From Felis catus (lineage: Eukaryota): a stretch of DNA of 64,000 nt. The position numbers and the translations under genes were made by a program. Positions 50,950 through 64,000 of this stretch are shown one piece after another. The stretch's first letter is position 1; every line of letters begins with the position of its first letter. A model generated the notes under the pieces. That model saw only the letters and a program-made list of their open reading frames with translations, did not search any database and had not been told where the DNA came from. The stretch is taken from positions 7,502,001 to 7,566,000 of the forward strand of contig NC_058368.1 in NCBI RefSeq assembly GCF_018350175.1, written 5' to 3'.

Positions 50950-51191
50950 GGGGCGCCTGGGTGGCTCAGTCGGTTAAGCGTCCGACTTCGGCTCAGGTCA
51001 CGATCTCGCGGTCCGTGAGTTCGAGCCCCGCGTCGGGCTCTGTGCCGACAGCTCAGAGCCTGGACCTGTTTCAGATTCTGTGTCTCCCTCTCTCTCTCTG
51101 CCCCTCCCCTGTTCATGCTCTGTCTCTCTCTGTCTCAAAAATAAATAAATGTTAAAAAAAATTTTTTTTAAATAAAATAAAATAAAATAAA
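50950..51191 (+). mobile_element. CAN-SINE with (AAAAT)n tail, between Area IV and Area I
   Basis: TSD AATTTCTTGTT. Confidence 0.93.
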
Positions 51192-51229
51192 ATAATTTCT
51201 TGTTTACTACATCGCAAGACAGTATAGGG

Positions 51230-51600
51230 TCACATCCAAGAAAATGGACTCTAAAGCCGGACCTCCTCAGCTTGGATCCAGTGTGTGATTCTGGGCAAGT
51301 TCTATGTTTCAGTTTCCTGCACAGAAAAATGAGAATAATGGTACCTACCTCACGCGATTTTAGTGAGGATTTACATATGCAAAATACTTGAAAGAGTGTC
51401 TTGTGCCCTGAGCCTGCTGGGATCATTACTATATACAAGGGGTATACTTTATGGGGCAGTCCTTTGTCTCTATTCTACAAACAAGGACAGAAAGGCTTAG
51501 TAGAGTTGCGTAACTTGCCAAGGAACACAGCTTGTGCAGGGCAAGGGCAATTTGGAAGATGGGTATGTGTGGCTCCTAAGTTTTCCAGGCACACCAAATC
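51230..51600. mobile_element. Two MIR fragments (+ 51230-51430; - 51460-51600)
   Basis: TGGGCAAGT...CAGTTTCC...AATAATGGTACCTACCTCA...GTGAGGATT; then TAACTTGCCAAGG. Confidence 0.7.
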
Positions 51601-52899
51601 CAGAACATATTTCTTCTACTGAGTTTCTGTTACCCAAGGAGTTTGTGGACAGGCACGTATAAAAAGCTATGTGATAGCTGCTGGATCAATAAATGTTATT
51701 GAAAAGATTTGTCCTTCTAACTAATAAACCATGTGAACTGCGGGATGGTTCAGGAAGGAGGCTGGAATGACCAGGAAATGTGGGTCCACCCTCCTTTGGG
51801 CTCCCGGAGGTAAGGAAAGGTTCCCAGGAGAACAAAGGATTAGTCACAGGACACAGTGATGGGAGGGGGGCGGAGGGCAAAAAAGGGAATTTCAATGGAA
51901 GCAAGGAGCTGGTTACCGGGGATGAAGAAGAGAAGGGAAAATGGCAAGCGCTGGGGTTTGGGGAGACTGAATATATTTGTGTGGTAGGGCAGAGGTGGGA
52001 ACCTGGGGGAGAGCCGGCCCAAGGGCTGGGAACTACAAGAGTGGGCCACAGGGATGGGGGGGGGGGGGAGAGCAAGCAGGGGGCTTTAGACGCTTTGGAA
52101 TCCCAACTTCCTTTCACACTTTTCCTTTCAGCTGCAAAGTAAACCAGGCCTCGGAAGGATTAAACAGAAACTCGAGGAAAGGGCTGCGAGGGGCCACTCC
52201 TGGGAGAAAGCACCAAGTCGCGTGCGGGGACCGAGCAGTCCACAGTCCTGGGGTACATCGAGTCTGCCCTATTGCCCCCTCCCACTCCTCTCTCCCACTA
52301 ACGATAGCCAAGACAATCGTCCCATTAAATTACATTTTTAGGCTGCATTTATTTACACAATGGCGCTGAATTTTCTGGGAAATAGTTTCAACTCTACACT
52401 TGTGCTGGTTTGCCCCACGAACGCATGGGAAGCCTTTGATTCACAGCCCGAGGTTCTTTTTTCTGCACGAGTTTTCCTTGACCCTCTCAGACCTAGGTAC
52501 CACACTCGGAGGAAGTCCCCAGGAGAAGGAGGGAGGGGGAAAGGACTCGCCCTGGAGGAATAAAAAACCAGCATCAGCCCCCACCGAAGTAAAGGCTAAT
52601 GTGCAAAACTTCCAAGTAAATTATGGAAGGTGTATTCTCTCGTTACCTACACCAATCACATCGTTTGCTTCAGCGTTTCCACTCGGGATATAGTTTAATT
52701 TTTATTTTATTTAACAGCAAGTTAATCATAAAAACAACTATGCTCCGATAAAGTAAATTCCACACCAATTCATCACCGACACAGTGGCTGAAAAATCCTC
52801 ACCACCAAGTCAAATTCGGCCCTTGGCATGCTTGGAAGATTCAGCTACTGACCAAGAGCTAGGTAACCTGTGTTCTTCAGGGCACAAACTATCTCCAGA

Positions 52900-53350
52900 A
52901 GGGAAAGGGCAGGCGAGGACCTCCAGTATCTGCGAGGGCTATCAGGACGTCCTGCTAATAAACGACTTTTTCACTGTCCACACTATAATTGGTTTACAGC
53001 CTTTTTTGTTTATTTATCCATAAGAGCTGCTGTTAAATGGCTCGGGAAGGCGCTCGCCTAATGGCTCGGTATCGCTCCGGGGCCTGTGGGAGGCGAGAGG
53101 GGCAGCGGGGATTCGGAGCGGAAACGCATTTCACCTGTAATGGACCTGGTGCTTTTATGATACCACGAGCGATATCCACAGAAGAAATACAACACACGCT
53201 CCTGCTCGGTGGAGGGTTGCGCGGGGCGCGTTTTCTACATGGGTTATAATTAGACACACGTCATAATTAGCCAGTCCCAAAACGCTGTTAGCTTTGTCCC
53301 AACTAATAATCATCACCGTAATAAATGGCTGTTGGACTTTTGTTTCCTGG
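52900..53350. promoter_or_regulatory. Probable PDX1 enhancer Area I and adjacent motif block
   Basis: ~2.7-3.1 kb upstream of ATG; forkhead motifs GTTTAC (52992) and TGTTTAT (53007), homeodomain TAATGG (53059), TAATTAG x2 (53247, 53264); resembles recalled Area I sequence; boundaries approximate. Confidence 0.72.
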
Positions 53351-53439
53351 GCCACGAGCGGCAGAAAATGCGAATTGTGAAAGCGAGAAGGCGCCTCCAC
53401 TGACCGCCTCCAGCACCCCCGCCCACTTCTCCCCAAGGT

Positions 53440-53640
53440 TGTGTTCGGCCCCGGGTGGCCGGTTTTTTGCCCCGGAGCTCGGTGGACGGATTTGCTTTCT
53501 GCTGAGCGCCTCTTTTCTTTCTGCAGGGCCGAGCAAAAATATCAAATGCGAGCAAATGAAGCATCGAAATGGAGACCAATTTACAGAAATGTGCAATTAG
53601 ACGAGAAGTGCAAAATAAACACTCTCTGGGTCGGGGGTGG
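53440..53640. promoter_or_regulatory. Probable PDX1 enhancer Area II (mammal-specific beta-cell enhancer)
   Basis: AT-richer block inside the CpG island with MAF half-site TGCTGAG (53500), CAATTA homeodomain core and FOXA motif AATAAACA (53614-53621); order and spacing fit Area II. Confidence 0.68.
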
Positions 53641-53789
53641 CAGGCGAGGCGGGGAGCAGGGGAGGAGGAGAAGGGGGGTCTGCGGGCTTAGTCCGGAGTA
53701 AAGGGGGTAGCCGAGGGGGGAGGGGGAGAAACGGGTGTTAGAGGGGGAGACGGAAGGGGCGGGGGGGGGGGCGGCCGATCTTTGTCCCA

Positions 53790-54080
53790 AGCGGAGCTCG
53801 CCGCCCGCTCATAACCGCGTCGCCAAGTCAACCCGCGGCGACTTGGCAGATTATCTCCGAGGGTCAACACGCCCCGGCCGGGCAACCCCCCTCGGGCCCT
53901 GCCTGCTGATCGATGCGGTCACTCGCGGCCGGGTGATAGCGTCTGGTCCTCCGCGGCCGCGGCGAACAATGGACTCATTGACGCGCGGACGCGCAGAGAT
54001 TAGGCGCGCGGGTCCCACCGCCTTTCCCTCCCGGCCCCTAGGGCCGCAGGTGGCCCTTTTCCCTGAAGAAATCGCCGGAA
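53790..54080. promoter_or_regulatory. Probable PDX1 enhancer Area III
   Basis: GATA motifs (TTATCT ~53850, TGATAG ~53933), paired SOX motif 53965-53982, E-box+TC-box CAGGTG-N5-TTTCCC at 54047-54063 (PTF1-type). Confidence 0.65.
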
Positions 54081-55149
54081 CTCCCCCCGCCCTCCCCCAC
54101 CGGCTTCCCCCAGTCCGCCCTTCCCGAGAGCTGGGACACCAAGGAGGCCGGGTGCGGCGCGCGTCCCCACCCACGGGCGGACCTCCTGGTGCCCAGCTCT
54201 CTTCTGAACGCATATGCTGAGACCGCACCAGGATCGCACGCCGCAAGGAACCTGCAGGGAAGTCCCCCTTCCCAACTGGCTTTTGCTTTTTGATGAAAAT
54301 GAGCGTGTGTGAGTAGCGCATTCGGTCCGTACGCATTTAAAACACAGGTATCTCCACAAGGAGAAAATACATTACAATCTACCTCGTGAAGGGCTGGGTG
54401 TCGTTTGTGGTTTAGGAAAGTCAGGTTGCAGTGGTTTCTCCCTTACTGGTTCCTGGTGGTTCACGTTCCTTCTTGCCAAGGCTTTTCTGCAAAGGTGGCC
54501 AGTTTTTCTAAAACCTTCCGTGTTGGTTCGAGGACTGTGGTCCTTTCGGTAGGACCCGTCCAAGGCCACCCAGGACGCCCTGGGCAACTGGGTCGGATGC
54601 GCGGCTCATGCTCAGGCCGGGGCTTGTGCGCCACCGCGACCCGGAGATAGTCTGCATCATCCGGTCGGAAAAACTCAGGCCCTATTTAAGTGAGGACCGC
54701 AGGCCCTATTTAAGTTACCCAGCGGAGGCCAGAGACTGACGCTGTCATTAAAATGCAGCGCTTTTAATTCTTTTCTAAACACGTCCCTCCTCTCTTGAAG
54801 CGCTGCCTTATTTCAATCCGACGCAGAACACACGTTCTTCAGCTGGGTCGGACTGGGGCTCAGGATCCGTGGGAAGCCATCGCGGATCTGGAAACCCCGT
54901 GCCAACCCCGTCCCCTCCTCCCAGCCACAAGAGGGGACGCTAATTCTTTCCCCCTCTGCCACATTAGGAAACTGCACTGAGTTGGTCAAAGGAGCCCCAA
55001 TTTCCCAAAATCAAAATTAATAATGCCCTTCAATTACCAAAAAAAAAAAAAAAAAAAAAAATTTAAATGCCACTGTGATCAATTCTGAAGTTACAGTTTA
55101 CTCTCCGGAAGTCCCCCGAGCACGCCACAGTTTAAAAACATACAAGCAA

Positions 55150-55361
55150 GGGCGCCTTGGGTGGCTCAGTCGGTTGGGCATCCGACTTCGGCTCAGGTCA
55201 TGATCTCACGGTTTGTGAGTTCGAGCCCCACGTCGGGCTCTGTGCTGATGGCTGGAGCCTGGAACCTGCTTCACATTCTGTGTCTCCCTCTCTCTCTCTG
55301 ACCCTCCCCCGTTCGTGCTCTGTCTCTCTCTGTCTCAAAAATAAATAAACATTAAAAAAAT
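55150..55361 (+). mobile_element. CAN-SINE in PDX1 upstream region
   Basis: Full length; TSD TTTAAAAACATACAA(G/C)CAA (55131-55149, 55362-55380). Confidence 0.94.
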
Positions 55362-55719
55362 TTTAAAAACATACAACCAATGCTGGGTCTTTATGGGTTA
55401 GTTCACTGACATCATTGCGATCGTGTACAAATTTCATAAATAAGACAGAAGACCAAGTCCTTCCTATAGAGCTAGGGTCTGCAAACTTTTTTTTTTGTTT
55501 TTACCGTACTCCCTAACAGTTACAAAAAAGTTTAAATGCACAACCTCGGCATATGTATCTATACAAATTGTATTAATGAATTAGTGTATTGTGTATATTA
55601 TCAAACAAACAAGGAAAATAGACCACTTAAAGTATGATGAAAAATATACATTTCTATGATTGAACGTAAGCTCGAAGAGTTTCACGAACGCTCCACTTCA
55701 GATCGCACGGCCAGCTCGG

Positions 55720-60560
<4,841 letters not shown>

Positions 60561-61432
60561 AGAGAAGAGAGGTTTTCTGTAATATCTGGGGCCTCTTCGG
60601 GTGATATTGTCGGATTGGCGACACCTGCCGCTGCTGTGCAGCTCCTAGCACTCCAGAACCGTGGACCTCTTTAGAGAAACCGGCTCAAGAAAAACCACAA
60701 CAGAAACTACAAGTTGGAATGCGCCCCCAACACACCGCAGGCAAGCTGGAGTGCCTTAATCTGCCCTAAAACAGCCCGTTTTACTTGGGCTTCTGCCTTA
60801 ATGCTTAGAAATGACGGAGAGGAAACCTCCAAGGCTTCAAAGACCTAGTGAAATTGATGCCCATGGATTAGAATAATCCTCCCGCCTCTTCCTCCTCCCC
60901 AACTTCCTCTTACTTTTTAAAAATCCTTTGAGTATAGCCACATACCTCACCAGCTCCTATCCTTCAATCCGCATCTCTTTCCTCCAAAGAAGAGAACAGA
61001 ACATCTTGCAAGGATGGCTGGGCAACAGCGGGGCTGGGGCAGAAGGGTGCCAGACTCCCTGCACGTCCAGTCTGTCCAATGCTTGGAGAGAAGACAGGTG
61101 GAGGTGGGCCCAGAGCAAGGGACTGGGGGAGAAAGATGGCCCCCGAGCCTTCACTAAACTGAAGATATTTGGAGCTAAATCTATGTGGATTTGCTTCCCA
61201 GTCTCAGGGCAAGGGAGGCTAATCCGAAAGGCAAGCAGTGTGGCCCGGCCCACCTTGGAAACTATTTGCAGAGACCCTTGATTTCCACATCTTTAGAAAT
61301 GATGAAAACGTATGTGGTTGGGGAGTTTGCAAACTGATTATTTTTATTTAAAGTTTTAAGGTTGCCTAACAGGTCAGCTGCTTGCTTCAGGGTCTGGGCC
61401 CCGTGGTCAGGTGGTGTTTGTGGAAAAGGATT

Positions 61433-61560
61433 AATAAATACAGATCACATGGAAAAGAGATGCACGCTCATTTTCCTCGCTTTGTCTCAGGCCTTTGCCA
61501 CGCACCGATTCCATTTCACTTCAAAAATTAAAGCAGCGTGTTTTTATTTTTATTTTTTGG
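61433..61560 (+). terminator. Candidate PDX1 polyadenylation signals
   Basis: AATAAA at 61433-61438; ATTAAA at 61527-61532 followed by a GT/T-rich tract; ~1.1-1.2 kb after the stop. Confidence 0.45.
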
Positions 61561-62191
61561 TGCTAACCAGGGGGAAAGGGGCAATTTAGAAGTACTACGT
61601 CTGGGTTTGAGGTTGGGGCAGCATATGAGCTGGTTGAATGTTCAGTTTGGTTTCATTTTTAACTTGTGTCACTACTGAAGATGAATTTCTCAGGCAGTGT
61701 AGCCCAGACGCGTGGGGGGTTCTAAGTGCCACTGGCTGTCCGTGGCACAGAACCAAGAGCAGCCCATCCTGGGCCACGCAGCAGCCAAGGAAACACTCTC
61801 AGCTGGCCAAGGCCTTGGCGGGGACTCTTGCCTCCCCAAACAGAGGTCTGGGTCAAGGGCCTTCTCAGCGGTTCTTCTGAAGGAAGTGTTGCTTTGGATG
61901 AGTCTCCACCCCTGGAGCCCCAAGGTTGACAGTGTCTTGTATTAGGAGCAAACAGGCCCTGATTTAGCAGGCTTCTAATCTCTGGGCCCACCCTGCTCCT
62001 CCCGCAGCTGGGCACCTAAGGGCACCTGAGCGCTCCCACCTTTGGGGGGCACTGGCTCACTCCCAGGAACTGTTGCTAGTATTTTCTTTTGCAGAGGGAC
62101 AGCAGGGCTTAGTTTTTGTTTTGTCTTGTTTGTTTGTTGAAAGAAAGAATTTGAGTCCTAACGCCCCTCCAAATTAAAGGAGATCCACAGA

Positions 62192-62418
62192 GGGGCGCCT
62201 GGGTGGCTCAGTCGGTTAAGCATCCAGATGCTTCGTTTTGGCTCAGGTCATGATCTCCAGGTTCCCGAGATTGAGCCCAAGCCCCCCCTCCCTCGCCCCA
62301 CATTGACAGCACAGAGCCTGTTTGGGATTCTCTCTCTCCCCTCTTTCCGCCCCTACCCACTTACACTCACTTGCTCCCTCTCTCTCAAAATAAACTTAAA
62401 CATTTTTTAAAGAAAATA
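62192..62418 (+). mobile_element. CAN-SINE (older, diverged)
   Basis: GGGGCGCCTGGGTGGCTCAGTCGGTTAAG head, CT body, A-rich tail. Confidence 0.88.
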
Positions 62419-62509
62419 AAGGAAATCTGTCGATCTGAAAGGGGAACTTTCTCATCAGTGAGAAGTCTCACTGGGGAGACAATGACCATGCCCAAAGCTT
62501 CTCCACACG

Positions 62510-62700
62510 TGCCTGGGCTCTGGAGTGAGGCAAATCTGCCTTCAAACCCGGGGTCCTTCAAATACTGACTCATGACCTTGATAAAATGATTCAACTACTC
62601 TGTGCCTCGATTTCCGCATCTGTAAGGTGGAAGTGAACACTAGATGGCCAAGTTGTGAGATTTAAACCAAAGAATGCCTGTAAAGTGTTTAAATTCACTA
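62510..62700 (+). mobile_element. MIR
   Basis: GGGCTCTGGAGT...TTCAAACCC...GACCTTG...CTCTGTGCCTC...CATCTGTAA...GTAAAGTGTT. Confidence 0.75.
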
Positions 62701-62939
62701 CCTAGAAAGAGTCCTCCTTCCCCATCACTGTTTTGGCAACATCACTCTTTTGAGAAGCCATCCCGGGAGGTTCTGGCTGCAGAGAGTCTCCTGCCAGCCC
62801 TCGCAGCCCCTGTCCTGTGACAAATCCCCACGCTGTCGCTGATGATGTGACCTGTTCGCGTCACCACTGATCTCGAGCGGGCACTTCCTAGTTTTAAGAC
62901 TCCCTCCCTCATAAATAAACTCTGGATTTTCCCATAGCG

Positions 62940-64000
62940 ACCTTCGCCAGGTAAGTGAAACGGTCCCCATCTTACACGAGGGAAGCTGACGCTGGGTGGG
63001 GAGGACTGGCTGAATTGAAGCTCAGCCGCCGGGTCGGTGGAGGCGCGGAGACCGGTCCTCGGAGGCCAGGGATGGCTCCAGGGCTCCCGAGCAAACCGGC
63101 CTCCCTGTCCGGGGCTCCCGTCCCGATGTCGTGCGCTGTCCTGACCGCACCGTGGCCTCTCCGCGCGGGCTGGAGGGCTCGCCGATGCGAGAGAAGAGGT
63201 GTGGGCCACCGGGGGCGGCCGGGGGCGCAGTGGCTGACTCGGGGCCAGGCGTGCGGTCTCCAACCGCCCAGGACAGGGCGCGGGATCCCTAAGCTTCGCT
63301 GAAAGCGCAACTGGGCCGCTCACCGCGACTCGGAGACCCGCCGCCAGGGCCTGTGCGGCCCGCGGGGAAGAACTCCGGCTTTCAAGTCCCCGCGCCCGCG
63401 GCTCGAATTCCGGAAAATAAAATTCGGCGTGGCTTTGAGCTAATCCCTTCATGCTCCGCTGCCTCTTCCATAAAATGGGCGCCTAACGGGATTAAATGAG
63501 ATCATGTCTTTGGAGTGTTTATTCCCGAGCCCGGCTCCCAGGCGCCGGTACACGCGGTGGGGGTGAGGGCAGTGGCAGGGGCGCAGTGATGTCGCCGGTA
63601 GAGGCCAGCCTTCCAGGGAGGCCCCGGGGAGGCAGCGAAGAGCGCAGCCCAGCTAGCCAGATGGGCCTGGAAGAGAGGAACGGGCGCCCGGGTCGTGGGT
63701 GCCCCTGGACGCTCCACCTGAGCGGCGCCAACGGAGCGGGGGCCTTTGTCCCGACCCCTCTGGCCACGGGGGGGGGGGACTACGTCAGGCCCCAGAGGGC
63801 GACCCGCGTGGGGCTCAACGCGTGAATCTCCGACTCTGCGTGGCCACCCTTGGCCAACTGGAGGCGACCTGTGGGCCGGAGGGGCCGGGGCGCTTGGAGC
63901 CCCAAGCCCAAGCCCCCGCACAGAGCCTCGTCTCTGGAGTGAGGAGAGACCTTCCTGGAGCTGGGAAAAAGCAAAACAACAAAAACCAGCCAGCGGGGCC
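62940..64000. other. Downstream CpG island (runs off window end)
   Basis: High GC/CpG, no recognisable ORF; ~2.6 kb 3' of the PDX1 stop. Confidence 0.75.

Larger units (their letters stand above)
53040..54720. other. CpG island over upstream enhancer Areas I-III
   Basis: Visibly high GC and CpG density relative to flanks. Confidence 0.8.

Noticed and set aside
55150..55230. tRNA-like A/B boxes in SINE heads
   Set aside because: tRNA-derived SINE promoter region, not a tRNA gene

Overview
Mammalian genomic DNA from a felid (cat family), judged from about 41 tRNA-derived CAN-SINE copies with Felidae-type sequence and a felid-type L1 3' end. The window covers the ParaHox gene PDX1 and about 56 kb of its upstream region. 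PDX1 lies on the + strand in two coding exons (56019-56421 and 59911-60356) joined by a canonical phase-1 GT-AG intron. It encodes a 282-aa protein with an intact transactivation domain, FPWMK hexapeptide, homeodomain and SPOP-binding motif. Upstream are a CpG-rich proximal promoter (CCAAT, CACGTG E-box) and motif-rich blocks whose position and content fit the known PDX1 enhancers Areas I-III (~52.9-54.1 kb) and Area IV (~48.6-49.1 kb). Positions 1-38 kb are dense in repeats (CAN-SINEs, L1/HAL1 fragments, MaLR/ERVL LTRs, MIR), and 44-64 kb is much poorer in young repeats. No other protein-coding gene is supported. I did not find a convincing previously undescribed biological system. The more interesting points are modest: PDX1 substitutions at usually conserved sites, a SINE inside the PDX1 upstream control region, candidate distal enhancers, a possible antisense (PLUT-like) lncRNA, a perfect 87-bp duplication in an ancient LTR, a small TA-flanked MITE, and nested or tailless retroposon insertions. 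Repeat family names and enhancer boundaries come from recalled consensus sequences and literature, not from a search, and repeat coordinates are approximate.
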